In this document: positions 1 through 9,134 of the stretch, piece by piece
Layout: every line of letters begins with the position of its first letter
Numbering within the stretch: position 1 is the first letter of the stretch
NCBI GenBank assembly: GCA_051872035.1
Contig: JBJEDL010000083.1
Span: 692 to 64,691, forward strand
DNA length: 64,000 bases
DNA from: Lepagella sp.
GTDB lineage: Bacteria > Bacteroidota > Bacteroidia > Bacteroidales > Muribaculaceae
Direction of reading: 5' to 3'
Notes under the pieces: model-generated
Seen by the model: the letters and a program-made list of their open reading frames with translations, nothing else
Database searches by the model: none
Told to the model about the DNA's origin: nothing
Position numbers and translations under genes: made by a program

Positions 1-290
1 GTTTTATCCCGTAAAGTTACAACAAAAGAAGCAAAAAAAAAATTCCAACCAATATTTTTTACAATTCCGAAGAGAACAACCCCGCCCACTACGCCGGCAC
101 CACCGACTTGACCCTCGGCTACCGCATGCTCTGTTATACCAAGAGTAAAGATATAATTTCCACCATCTGGCATTCCCCCGAGTTCGAATAAGTCAAAGAT
201 AATAAGTCAACGTCACAAAGATAATAAGTCTAAAGGAGCACATTCTGTCATAAGAATATGCTCCTCGATTTCGTAGAAATATCTGAATAA

Positions 291-323
291 TAAAAAGAGG
301 TGGCATCTTGCGATGTCACCTCT
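291..323 (-). terminator. Rho-independent terminator downstream of tRNA-His
   Basis: Hairpin GAGGTGGCAT / ATGTCACCTC (10-11 bp, one G-T wobble, 6-nt loop CTTGCG). On the minus strand it is followed by a T-run (plus-strand AAAAA at 292-296). Confidence 0.7.
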
Positions 324-327
324 TCGG

Positions 328-402
<75 letters not shown>

Positions 403-432
403 ATCTGGCCTATTGGTTTCCCAAAAGCGTTG

Positions 433-440
433 CAAAATTA
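433..440 (-). promoter_or_regulatory. Bacteroidetes -7 promoter box (TAATTTTG) for tRNA-His
   Basis: The minus-strand sequence TAATTTTG matches the consensus TAnnTTTG, 30 nt upstream of the tRNA 5' end. Confidence 0.5.
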
Positions 441-476
441 ACACTTTATTCCCAATTATCCAAATTTTTCACCCCT

Positions 477-1592
477 TTATTTCAAAAATTCTGCAAGTTT
501 GTCGAAAAATTCCGGATCTTCGCCCACAGTGATGTTCGCTATCTTTCCTTCAGGATTTACCACTACTTTCGTAGGAAATCCCTCTATCGCATAGTCTGTC
601 AAGACTTTACTATTCTCCGTCTCCGGATTGAATACATTCACCCAGGGCAATTGGTATTTCTCAAGTCCGGCAAGCCATTTCTCTTTCGTGTCGTTGCATG
701 CCACGCCGATCACCTCCATCTTTCCTGCATACTTGCTATACGCCTCTTTCAGCGCCGGGAAGCCCTTGATACACCATGGACACCATGTTCCCCAGAAGTC
801 GATCACTACCCATTTCCCTCTGAAGTCACGAAGACTCACTGCCTTTCCCTCTTTGTCGTTGAAGGTGAAGTCGGGGGCATCCATGGTGCCATCGCTCATC
901 GCCGCGATCCTTCGATCGGACTCTATTCGACGCTCCACATACTCCTTGGTCAAATCCAACATCGGCATCAAAATGCTCTCCTTCGCCTCCGGAGTCATCT
1001 TGTTATACTCATTCACCAAATCCTCCGCCTCGCCGAGCGACAATATCGCGTATGCCACCGCAGGCGACGTAGGATTCTTTTCGATGAATTTGTGGCGGAT
1101 CACATCATACTCCCTCTCAATGCTGTCTAACTTGGCGCGATTACCTTCAATATCACCTTTTTCCAACATTACGTCTCCACTCCGCAACTCATGCTGATAG
1201 AGCTCTTCGTCAAGAGCTGAAATATCTTCCATCATCCGAGATCCCTTCACACTATATCTCAGAGGATCCTTGCTCATAAGATTTACCTCAAGATTCTCTC
1301 CCTTCTCTGTGTAGAGAATCACCGCATGTGTCTCATCAGTATAGACAACATAGCGCATCGGAACCTTCTCTGCCTCGCCGGTCTTGATCACAAATTTGCC
1401 AGACTCCACTTTCAGAGTCTCTGTTTTCGGTGCAACTCGCTCTCTGCGAGGCAACAAGAGATTGCTGATTGAGCTGCTCTCACACTTAAACTCTGTGTCG
1501 GTAAATCCATCTCCTACCGTCACCACTATATCGGCATACATCGAGAGCGCCATCGCTCCCATACCGATCAGTGCCATAATTTTCTTTCCCAT
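477..1592 (-). CDS. TlpA/ResA-like thiol:disulfide oxidoreductase (thioredoxin fold, N-terminal DUF4369-like domain)
   Basis: Signal peptide present. C-terminal thioredoxin domain with the redox motif FWGTWCPWC. Overall length is typical of Bacteroidetes TlpA-family proteins. Confidence 0.85.
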   Translation of the reverse strand: MGKKIMALIGMGAMALSMYADIVVTVGDGFTDTEFKCESSSISNLLLPRRERVAPKTETLKVESGKFVIKTGEAEKVPMRYVVYTDETHAVILYTEKGENLEVNLMSKDPLRYSVKGSRMMEDISALDEELYQHELRSGDVMLEKGDIEGNRAKLDSIEREYDVIRHKFIEKNPTSPAVAYAILSLGEAEDLVNEYNKMTPEAKESILMPMLDLTKEYVERRIESDRRIAAMSDGTMDAPDFTFNDKEGKAVSLRDFRGKWVVIDFWGTWCPWCIKGFPALKEAYSKYAGKMEVIGVACNDTKEKWLAGLEKYQLPWVNVFNPETENSKVLTDYAIEGFPTKVVVNPEGKIANITVGEDPEFFDKLAEFLK

Positions 1593-1612
1593 ATCTTTAT
1601 GTTTTTTAGTTA

Positions 1613-2548
1613 TTATTCTATTTTATGTTTAATGCACTTCTCCGGCGCACCAAACTCCTTTTTCAACCTATTGACCAAGAGGTTGGTGAACTCGTAGTTC
1701 TTTAGTCCCCATCGCGGCGCCTCTACCATCTCCGGCGGCGAACTCGCCAAAAACCTCTCTATCGCTATGCGTTGCGGCACTCTTTTCACCACCTCGACAC
1801 ACAAGTCAAGATACCTCTCAGGCGCGTAGGGCTTCACCTCAATCTCACCATCCATCCACATCCTGTGTAATGTCGTTCCCTTCAGCACTTGCAAGTGATG
1901 AAGTTTGATCGATTCGATGCTCTGTCGGCAGATCTTGTCGATGTTATCAAGCACTTGCTCATCATCTTCCCCCGGCAAACCGGCTATCAAATGCACTCCC
2001 ACATGGAGCCCCATAGCCGCCAATCGCTCGATTGCCTCGAGGCTGCATGCCGCATCATGACCCCGATTGATCTTCCGTAGTGTCTCATCGCACAGTGTTT
2101 CCACACCTAATTCAACAAATATCGGCCACCGTCGGTTGAGTTCCGCCAGCACCTTGGCTATCTCGTCGGGTATGCAGTCGGGTCGTGTCCCCACGATAAG
2201 CCCTACCACATCCTCCTGCGCCAACGCATCTTCCCATTGACGCCGCAAGCCTTCGATGTCTGTCGTATAAGTCGAAGTATATGACTGGAAATATGCCAAG
2301 TATTTCATCTCGCTATATTTCCTCCCGAAGAATGCCTTACCTTCGGCGATCTGACTCGAGATATCTTTACCCTCCATGCAGTAGCCGGGGGTGAACGACC
2401 GATTGTTGCAATAGATGCAACCTCCCCTGCCGATTCGCCCATCCCGGTTGGGACAGGTGCCCCCGCTATTCACCGATATCTTCTGAACCTTCATAGTCCC
2501 GAAAAATCGGCTCAAATACTCTGCATAGTCAGTAAAATAAATATTCAT
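1613..2548 (-). CDS. TIGR01212-family radical SAM protein (YhcC-like)
   Basis: N-terminal Cys cluster GGTCPNRDGRIGRGGCIYCN. About 310 aa with a TIM-barrel radical SAM core, matching the TIGR01212 architecture. Confidence 0.85.
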   Translation of the reverse strand: MNIYFTDYAEYLSRFFGTMKVQKISVNSGGTCPNRDGRIGRGGCIYCNNRSFTPGYCMEGKDISSQIAEGKAFFGRKYSEMKYLAYFQSYTSTYTTDIEGLRRQWEDALAQEDVVGLIVGTRPDCIPDEIAKVLAELNRRWPIFVELGVETLCDETLRKINRGHDAACSLEAIERLAAMGLHVGVHLIAGLPGEDDEQVLDNIDKICRQSIESIKLHHLQVLKGTTLHRMWMDGEIEVKPYAPERYLDLCVEVVKRVPQRIAIERFLASSPPEMVEAPRWGLKNYEFTNLLVNRLKKEFGAPEKCIKHKIE

Positions 2549-2549
2549 C

Positions 2550-2616
2550 CTAAGTTTGTCTTCGGGTGATACAGCGTAGCCAATTCCTAATTCCTAATTC
2601 CTAATTCCTAATTAAC
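2550..2616 (+). repeat. Intergenic repeat element, copy 1: conserved head + (AATTCCT)x4 + AATTAAC tail
   Basis: The head CTAAGTTTGTCTTCGGGTGATACAGCGTAGCC is near-identical to 17612-17645. Four perfect AATTCCT units lie at 2582-2609. The element overlaps the last 4 codons and the TAG stop of aroC. Confidence 0.85.
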
Positions 2617-3566
2617 ATCAGGTCTCCCACCACCAAGGCTGCCATTGCTTCCACCACAGGCACTGCCCGGATTGCCACACAGGGATCATGCCTCCCTCGT
2701 GCCCGGAGCAGTCGCTCGTTTCCTTCGATGTCGAGTGTCTCTATCTCTTGAGCGATCGTCGGCGTAGGCTTGAAGTAGATCTTCATCTCGATCGGCATCC
2801 CGTTGGAGATGCCACCCTGGATCCCTCCGCTATGATTGTTCCGTGTCGCGATCCTTCCCTCCTCATCTTTCACGAAGTGATCGAGGCTTTCGCTCCCGGT
2901 CATATAGGCACTCTGCATTCCATCGCCATATTCGAATGCCTTGACGGCATTGATGCTCATCATCGCTGCCGCTAGCCTACTCTGCAATTTATCAAACACC
3001 GGCGAGCCGACTCCCACAGGCATCCCTTCGATACGGCACGCCACGATCCCTCCGGTGGAGTCTCCGCGACTCGCCACTTCTGCCGCCGAGTTCGTCTCGA
3101 TATATTCCGCCGAGATCCGAATACCTTGCTGTTCGAGCCATTGACGCACTATAGATCCCGCCACTACCCACGACACTGTCTCGCGTGCACTGGCTCTACC
3201 TCCGCCTGTGAAGTCAGTGATGCCATATTTCTTGTGATAGGTGTAGTCGGCATGGTTCGGTCGGAAAGCATCGCGCATGTCGGCATAGTCGTCGCTCTTC
3301 ACATCGCGATTGCGCACGATAAAGCCGATCGGCGTGCCCAAGGTCACCCCCTCCGGGGTCACCCCCGACAAAATCTCCGGCTCATCCGGCTCTCGCCGCT
3401 GAGATACATCCGGGCGGCTACCGGGGCGACGTCGACCCAATTCCCTCTCTATCACCCCCATGTCTATATGCACGCCGGGAGGCATACCGTCAAGTATACC
3501 TCCCATAGCCTTGCCATGGCTCTCACCAAACGTGCTCAGACGTATCAGTGTGCCAAATGTGTTCAT
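2601..3566 (-). CDS. aroC: chorismate synthase
   Basis: Signatures FGESHG, RRRPG, GGGRASARET, GGIQGGISNG and RGRHDPCV. At 321 aa it is shorter than the roughly 350-360 aa I recall as typical for the family. Confidence 0.9.
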   Translation of the reverse strand: MNTFGTLIRLSTFGESHGKAMGGILDGMPPGVHIDMGVIERELGRRRPGSRPDVSQRREPDEPEILSGVTPEGVTLGTPIGFIVRNRDVKSDDYADMRDAFRPNHADYTYHKKYGITDFTGGGRASARETVSWVVAGSIVRQWLEQQGIRISAEYIETNSAAEVASRGDSTGGIVACRIEGMPVGVGSPVFDKLQSRLAAAMMSINAVKAFEYGDGMQSAYMTGSESLDHFVKDEEGRIATRNNHSGGIQGGISNGMPIEMKIYFKPTPTIAQEIETLDIEGNERLLRARGRHDPCVAIRAVPVVEAMAALVVGDLMLIRN

Positions 3567-3580
3567 ATCTTTTGCGATTT

Positions 3581-5611
3581 TTATCGATCCATCGTTAGTA
3601 GCAATTCTTCGTTCGAACGTGTCATCTCCATCCTCTTCTTGATGAACTCCATAGCTTCAAGAGAGTTCATATCTGCCAAGTAGTTGCGGAGAATCCACAT
3701 CCTGCCCAAAGTCTCTTGTGGCAAGAGAAGGTCGTCGCGGCGTGTCGATGATGCCACGATATCCACTGCCGGGAAGATGCGCTTGTTCGATAGCTTGCGG
3801 TCGAGCTGTAGCTCCATGTTACCGGTTCCCTTGAACTCTTCGAAGATCACTTCATCCATCTTCGACGAGGTCTCGGTAAGCGCTGTGGCGATAATCGTCA
3901 GCGAACCGCCATTCTCTATGTTACGCGCCGCACCGAAGAAACGCTTTGGTTTCTGGAGGGCGTTGGCATCCACACCACCCGACAGAATCTTGCCCGAAGC
4001 GGGTGACACCGTATTATATGCTCGCGCCAAACGGGTGATCGAGTCGAGCATGATCACCACGTCATGTCCACACTCGGTGAGGCGCTTTGCCTTCTCGAGC
4101 ACAAGCCCGGCGATCTTCACATGGCGCTCTGCCGGCTCGTCGAAGGTCGAGGCGATCACTTCGGCATTCACACTGCGGCTCATGTCAGTCACCTCTTCCG
4201 GTCGCTCGTCGATCAGAAGCATGATGATATAGGTCTCGGGGTGGTTCTCAGCGATGGCATTCGCGATATCTTTCAAGAGGATGGTCTTACCGGTCTTCGG
4301 AGGCGCTACAATCAGTGCACGCTGTCCCTTGCCGATCGGGGCAAACATGTCGACGACGCGTGTCGAGATGTTGCTGCTCTTTGCTCCATGGGTCAAGTCA
4401 AATTTCTCATCCGGGAAGAGGGGCACCAAGTGCTCGAAGGGTACACGGTCTTTGACTATCTCAGGCTTCAATCCATTGATGGTGTCGATCTGACAGAGGG
4501 GGAAGTATTTCTCTCCCGGACGGGGTGGACGGATGCCACCCTCCACCATGTCGCCGGTCTTCAGACCATATTCCTTGATTTGCTGTTGAGTTACATATAC
4601 ATCGTCCGGACTGCTCAAATAGTTATAGTCGCTCGAACGAAGGTAACCGAATCCTTCAGGCATTATCTCCAACACGCCGAAGGTGGTCAGGATGCCATTC
4701 AGGTCGTAGCTGGTCTCTTGGTGATGTTGCTGCATGGCTGCCTGTTGTTGCATCATCTGACGCTGTTGCTGGCGCTGCTTCTTGGTGAGACGCTGTTTCT
4801 GCTTGGGGTTCATCAGCGCCTGCATACCAGGCTCGCTGATGATGATGGGGGCGGTGGCTGCCGCTTTCTCTGCCTCTATGATCTGCTGTTGCGAACGCGG
4901 CGTGAAGGTTCTCCCCTTTGCCGAGGAGAAGAAGGAGCCAAGTCCCGGCTGATCTTTTACCACCTTTACATCCCGCTTGGGCTGAAGGTCGGTCAGTGTT
5001 ATCGGCGCCGGTGCATCCTCTTTCTGCTCTTTTGCCTTATTCACTTCGGGAGTGATACCCTCAATGATCAGAGGGAGTGTGCCGCCATCGAGGTCGTCGA
5101 TGTTGATAGCCACTTGCGGCTTCTGCGGCTCTTCTGCGGCTTGTGCCGCGAGTTTCTCGGCTTTCGGCTTTCTGCCACGTTTCTTGGGAGCCGGCGCTTC
5201 CGGTGTTATTTCCCGTGCTACTGTCGGAGCTGCTATGGAGTCATGTATCATCACTGATAACGGTTCAATCACTTCCTGCTGCTCGGCGAGGCGCTTCGCT
5301 GCCTCTTCAGCCTCTTTTACGGCTTTCGGCTTGCGCCCTCTCTTCTTCGGCTCCGGCTTTACTTCTGCCGGTTTCTCTGTGGAGTTGACAGATTCGGTAG
5401 ATGCTTTCTTCGTCCGGCTCTTGCGCTCGCGGGTGGCGCGGGGCTTCAGCTTGGCCGCCTGTTCGCGCGCCATTTGCTCCGAGGCGTTGTCTATGATGTA
5501 GTAGGCAAGCTCTTCTTTATTGCTCTTGTCCCCCTTTTTCATACCCATAGACTCAGCCAGACTACGCAACGATGCGTCGTCCATCGACATTAGTTCTTCA
5601 AAATTTTGCAT
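3581..5611 (-). CDS. rho: transcription termination factor Rho with a long disordered N-terminal insertion
   Basis: RNA-binding domain ([15 protein letters not shown]), Walker [19 protein letters not shown] and a conserved C-terminal ATPase. ATG at 5611 (MQNFEEL) is preferred over the ORF-track start at 5644. Confidence 0.92.
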   Translation of the reverse strand: MQNFEELMSMDDASLRSLAESMGMKKGDKSNKEELAYYIIDNASEQMAREQAAKLKPRATRERKSRTKKASTESVNSTEKPAEVKPEPKKRGRKPKAVKEAEEAAKRLAEQQEVIEPLSVMIHDSIAAPTVAREITPEAPAPKKRGRKPKAEKLAAQAAEEPQKPQVAINIDDLDGGTLPLIIEGITPEVNKAKEQKEDAPAPITLTDLQPKRDVKVVKDQPGLGSFFSSAKGRTFTPRSQQQIIEAEKAAATAPIIISEPGMQALMNPKQKQRLTKKQRQQQRQMMQQQAAMQQHHQETSYDLNGILTTFGVLEIMPEGFGYLRSSDYNYLSSPDDVYVTQQQIKEYGLKTGDMVEGGIRPPRPGEKYFPLCQIDTINGLKPEIVKDRVPFEHLVPLFPDEKFDLTHGAKSSNISTRVVDMFAPIGKGQRALIVAPPKTGKTILLKDIANAIAENHPETYIIMLLIDERPEEVTDMSRSVNAEVIASTFDEPAERHVKIAGLVLEKAKRLTECGHDVVIMLDSITRLARAYNTVSPASGKILSGGVDANALQKPKRFFGAARNIENGGSLTIIATALTETSSKMDEVIFEEFKGTGNMELQLDRKLSNKRIFPAVDIVASSTRRDDLLLPQETLGRMWILRNYLADMNSLEAMEFIKKRMEMTRSNEELLLTMDR

Positions 5612-5898
5612 ATATTTATATGTGATGGTTAGTGCGACATGCACGGAGCTTGTCTGATCGGTGATAATTATCCAACGATTCCGATATTTTCTTTCTCAAA
5701 AAAATATCCGAGATGCCGCCTTTGTTGTTTTTTTGATTTGAGGTTCGGGAGTTGTCTTGGCTTCCTGAATCAGGCGTCTTCCACCTTGTCCTGCTGCCGA
5801 CACCGAGGCGTGCCGTAGTTTTCGCCATTAAGTTTTTCGTTATGTAAAATCGGATGTTCGATTGGTCTTACGAACATTTCCCGCCCGATTTTCATTGG

Positions 5899-5906
5899 CA
5901 AAGTTA
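5899..5906 (-). promoter_or_regulatory. -7 promoter box (TAACTTTG) candidate for rho
   Basis: Matches TAnnTTTG on the minus strand, 287 nt upstream of the rho ATG, which implies a long leader. Confidence 0.35.
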
Positions 5907-5947
5907 TATCTTTTTTCTTAAATCTGCAATAGTTTCCTTTTTTTTCG

Positions 5948-5955
5948 TAAATTTG
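5948..5955 (+). promoter_or_regulatory. -7 promoter box (TAAATTTG) for the relA-like gene
   Basis: Matches TAnnTTTG, 121 nt upstream of the ATG at 6077. Confidence 0.45.
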
Positions 5956-6076
5956 CATTAATCTTTGTGACCGATTTCCCCTTTTTTGTCTATCAATATT
6001 GGTGATGTTCGGTTTTCTGAGACTTTTTTACCTTGTTTTTGCATCATTTTTTTGCACCTATTTTTTATTTCTATCT

Positions 6077-8281
6077 ATGGACAGTAAAGCAGATATTTTG
6101 TCTCTCTCCGAGTGCCGTGAACTGCTCTCTCTTGCCAAGCCGGTTCGCGAGATCCTCTCTTCGTTGCTCTCTGCCGAGGAGTTTGCACGTCTATCCGAGC
6201 AGTTGACCGGCGCTCTCCGCTCCGATCTCCCTGCTCACGACGCCAAGGGGCTCTCTTACGCTTTGATGACTCTCCGCACTGCCTCTACATTTGCCGAGAT
6301 GGTTGATCCCGATCGCAATATTCTCCTTTCGATTTTGGTCGGTCCATTGATCTCGCTCGGCATTATACCGGTGGAGCAGGTGCGTCGCGATTGGGGCGAT
6401 GATATAGCCGACCTATACCTCGGCATTGAGAATGTGTCGCGCTTCAGCGCTCGTAATAGTGCCACCAACCAGGAAAATTTCCGCGGGCTCGTTATCTCGC
6501 TCGCTCATGATATCCGTGTCATCATCATCATGATAGTGCGCTCGCTCGTGCTTATGCGCTCCATCAACCTCCACCCCGATGATGCCTGGGTGCGCAATGT
6601 CGCCTTCGAGGCTAATTGCCTCTATGCGCAGCTCGCCCACCGACTCGGTCTCTATAAGATCAAGGGTGAACTGGAAGACCTCTCGCTCAAGTATACCAAC
6701 CGCGAGATTTATACCCAGATCGCCCATAAACTGAACGCTACCAAGCGCTCGCGTGAGGCATATATCAAGTCCTTCATCGACCCGGTGAAGACTGCACTCG
6801 AGAAGGCCGGGCTCAAGTTCGATATCAAGGGACGCACCAAGTCTATCTCCTCTATATGGAATAAGATGCGTAAGCAGAAGGTAGACCTCCCCGGCATCTA
6901 CGACCTCTTCGCTATACGTGTCATCCTCGATTCAGCTCCCGAGAAGGAGAAGAGCGATTGCTGGCTCGCCTATTCCATCGTGGCGGATATGTATACCGCC
7001 AACCCTGCCCGTATGCGCGACTGGATCTCTATCCCCAAAAGCAATGGCTATGAGTCGCTTCATGCCACCGTCATGGGCCCCGAAAATAAGTGGGTCGAGG
7101 TCCAGTTCCGTACTCGTCGCATGGACCTCGTCGCCGAAAAGGGTCTCGCCGCTCACTGGAGATATAAGGGGGGTAAGTCGGATGGTACCGACCTCTGGAT
7201 GAACAATATCCGTGATATCCTCGAAAGTGCCGACGCCGGTCCGATGCAACTGATGAAGAATATTCAGATGGACCCCTTCGGCAAGGAGGTCTTCGCATTC
7301 ACTCCCAAGGGTGACCTCTTCCGCCTCTCCGGCGGCGCTACAGTGCTCGACTTCGCTTTCCATATCCACACCAACGTAGGTGCTCGTTGCATCGGAGCTA
7401 TCGTCAATGGCCAAAACCGTAAACTCAATTATAAGATCCAGAATGGCGATACCGTCGAGATCCTGACCTCCGCCAATCAGACTCCCCGCCTGGAGTGGCT
7501 TAATATAGTCACTTCTCCTCGTGCTCGCAATAAGATCAAACAGAAACTTAATGAGGAGAAGCAACATACTGCCGACCTCGGCAAGGAGGCTCTGCTCCGT
7601 CGCGCCAAGAATCGAAAGATCGATATCGATGAGGCTCTCTTGATGAAACTTATCAAGAAGTTGGGTTATAAGTTTGCCCTCGATTTCTTCGCCGACCTCG
7701 GCAACGAAAAACTCGATGTCGGCAAGATCCTCAATTCTTACGTCGAGTCTACCGTGATGCCAGGCGAAGCGGAACATGTTTCGGCTGAAGAGTTCGAGAT
7801 GCGTAGCGATGACGCCGACCACGCCAAGCATGACGATGTTCTCGTGATAGGGGAGAAGTCGCTCAATGGCTTGAGTTATAAGTTCGCCAAGTGCTGCAAT
7901 CCCATCTATGGCGATGATGTTTTCGGCTTTATCTCCAGCGATGGCGTCGTGAAAATCCATAAAAACAATTGTCCCAACGCCGAACATATCAAGCAGCGCT
8001 ACCCCTACCGCGTGATCCGTGCCGACTGGAGCGGCAAGACCGGAACTGTCCTCCCCGCCACTTTCCGTGTTGTCGGCAATGACGATATTGGCATCGTCTC
8101 AAACATCACCTCGATTATCTCTCATGAGGCGGGTGCCGCTCTCCGTAGCATCTCAATCGATTCCCACGACGGTATCTTCCAGGGTTTCCTCGTGATTGGC
8201 GTCTCCGACAATCGTCAACTCACCACCCTGATGAAGAAAATCAAAACCGTCAAGGGCGTCAAAGATGTAACCCGTCTATAA
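6077..8281 (+). CDS. relA: RelA/SpoT-family (p)ppGpp synthetase, RelA-like (degenerate hydrolase domain)
   Basis: Synthetase motifs (RTKSISSIWNKM, DLFAIRVIL, YESLHATV, VEVQFRT), a TGS domain and a C-terminal ACT domain. The HD hydrolase motifs are replaced (LLSILVGPLI and VRSLVLMRS sit where the HD and RLHN motifs would be). ATG at 6077 (MDSKADIL) is preferred over TTG at 5999. Confidence 0.88.
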   Translation: MDSKADILSLSECRELLSLAKPVREILSSLLSAEEFARLSEQLTGALRSDLPAHDAKGLSYALMTLRTASTFAEMVDPDRNILLSILVGPLISLGIIPVEQVRRDWGDDIADLYLGIENVSRFSARNSATNQENFRGLVISLAHDIRVIIIMIVRSLVLMRSINLHPDDAWVRNVAFEANCLYAQLAHRLGLYKIKGELEDLSLKYTNREIYTQIAHKLNATKRSREAYIKSFIDPVKTALEKAGLKFDIKGRTKSISSIWNKMRKQKVDLPGIYDLFAIRVILDSAPEKEKSDCWLAYSIVADMYTANPARMRDWISIPKSNGYESLHATVMGPENKWVEVQFRTRRMDLVAEKGLAAHWRYKGGKSDGTDLWMNNIRDILESADAGPMQLMKNIQMDPFGKEVFAFTPKGDLFRLSGGATVLDFAFHIHTNVGARCIGAIVNGQNRKLNYKIQNGDTVEILTSANQTPRLEWLNIVTSPRARNKIKQKLNEEKQHTADLGKEALLRRAKNRKIDIDEALLMKLIKKLGYKFALDFFADLGNEKLDVGKILNSYVESTVMPGEAEHVSAEEFEMRSDDADHAKHDDVLVIGEKSLNGLSYKFAKCCNPIYGDDVFGFISSDGVVKIHKNNCPNAEHIKQRYPYRVIRADWSGKTGTVLPATFRVVGNDDIGIVSNITSIISHEAGAALRSISIDSHDGIFQGFLVIGVSDNRQLTTLMKKIKTVKGVKDVTRL

Positions 8282-8312
8282 ACCCTATCCCGTAACCTTT
8301 AACACCTGACCA

Positions 8313-9059
8313 ATGAAAACAAAATCAATTCTCCTCTTCTCTCTCTCCATTTCTCTTCTCTCTCTCTCCTTCGCTTCGTGTGCTTCGGGCAATAAGGATG
8401 GCGAGAAGGCAAAGGCTGATTATCAGCAGTCGCTCCAAGATTCCATCAAGGCTATTCAAGCTGAGATTGAGTCTGCCAATCAGCGCCTTGAGTCGCTCCG
8501 CGATTCGATCGATCAGTCGCTCCTCAATTTCACTACGGTAGCCAACCCTCGTGAAGTCGGTAGCTATATCATCCTCACCTCCGCGCAAAAGAGATACCCC
8601 CTCTCTGCCACCGGCATCGCCGCTCGCCTCGATGAGTCGGGCGTATTCCAACTCATCGCCGCTCTATCCGGTAAGCCGTTCAATCAGATCGCCGTCTCTG
8701 CCTCCGGTCAAAGCATCGAGTCTGACGTCGTGCCGCGAGACCAGGGTCTTAATTACCAAACCGACCAACTCACCACCGTGATGTTCTCCGGTCGCGTCAC
8801 CGACTCCATCGCCGCACTCATCGCATCCACTCCCGATGAGGTAACTCTCTCTTATCGCCAAGCACGCGAGGTGAAGAGCGTTAAACTCTCGCCGACCGAT
8901 AAGGAGATGATCTCCCGCACTTATCAGCTGTATAAGCAGAGATGTCAGCTCTCTCTCTTGGAGCACAAGATCCCACTTCTCCACCAGAAGATCAACCTGA
9001 TCCGTGTCCACCTCGACAACAAGGACTTAGCACCATCCGATTCCACCCAATCGAAATAA
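8313..9059 (+). CDS. hypothetical lipoprotein
   Basis: Signal peptide with lipobox (LSFASC). Coiled-coil-like N-terminal region. No recognisable catalytic motif. Confidence 0.6.
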   Translation: MKTKSILLFSLSISLLSLSFASCASGNKDGEKAKADYQQSLQDSIKAIQAEIESANQRLESLRDSIDQSLLNFTTVANPREVGSYIILTSAQKRYPLSATGIAARLDESGVFQLIAALSGKPFNQIAVSASGQSIESDVVPRDQGLNYQTDQLTTVMFSGRVTDSIAALIASTPDEVTLSYRQAREVKSVKLSPTDKEMISRTYQLYKQRCQLSLLEHKIPLLHQKINLIRVHLDNKDLAPSDSTQSK

Positions 9060-9077
9060 TTCAAATCTCTAATAATA

Positions 9078-9115
9078 AAAGAGGATACATCGGCATTCCG
9101 ATATATCCTCTTTTA
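9078..9115. terminator. bidirectional terminator between the lipoprotein gene and kbl
   Basis: Hairpin AAGAGGATACATCGG / CCGATATATCCTCTT (15 bp, one mismatch, 4-nt loop). It is flanked by an A-run on the left and a T-run on the right. Confidence 0.7.
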
Positions 9116-9134
9116 TTGTATGATCGTGTAGATC

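Noticed and set aside
15-191. Open frame ending in TAA at 189-191 (…NPAHYAGTTDLTLGYRMLCYTKSKDIISTIWHSPEFE)
   Set aside because: Its only in-frame ATG (126) gives 21 aa. It has no recognisable motif and no promoter box. It may be a decayed gene remnant, but the evidence is too weak to annotate.
194-230. 15-nt direct repeat CAAAGATAATAAGTC (194-208 and 216-230) about 100 nt beyond the tRNA-His 3' end. I considered whether it is an att-like scar of an integrated element.
   Set aside because: The repeat is not derived from the tRNA 3' end. No integrase or foreign genes lie nearby within the window. It is short and AT-rich, so chance or local slippage is likely.
4064-5257. 397-aa plus-strand ORF antisense to rho (with 3684..4232 and 5052..5501)
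   Set aside because: It lies inside a confidently identified rho gene. The product is low-complexity and Leu/Arg-rich with no motifs. It fits the window-wide pattern of antisense ORFs created by codon bias: sense codons TTA, CTA and TCA are rare, so the opposite frame lacks stops.
5999-6076. N-terminal extensions of ORF-track entries (for example TTG 5999 for relA, 10410 for tdh, 35263 for fructokinase, 60189 for M18, 63132 for clpP, 5644 for rho, 10376 for kbl)
   Set aside because: The extensions are hydrophobic or low-complexity and overlap promoter boxes or AT-rich leaders. Conserved protein N-termini begin at the downstream ATGs used in the feature table.
6932-7987. 351-aa minus-strand ORF antisense to the relA-like gene
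   Set aside because: Same codon-bias artefact. It has no promoter box or recognisable domain, and relA motifs occupy the sense strand.
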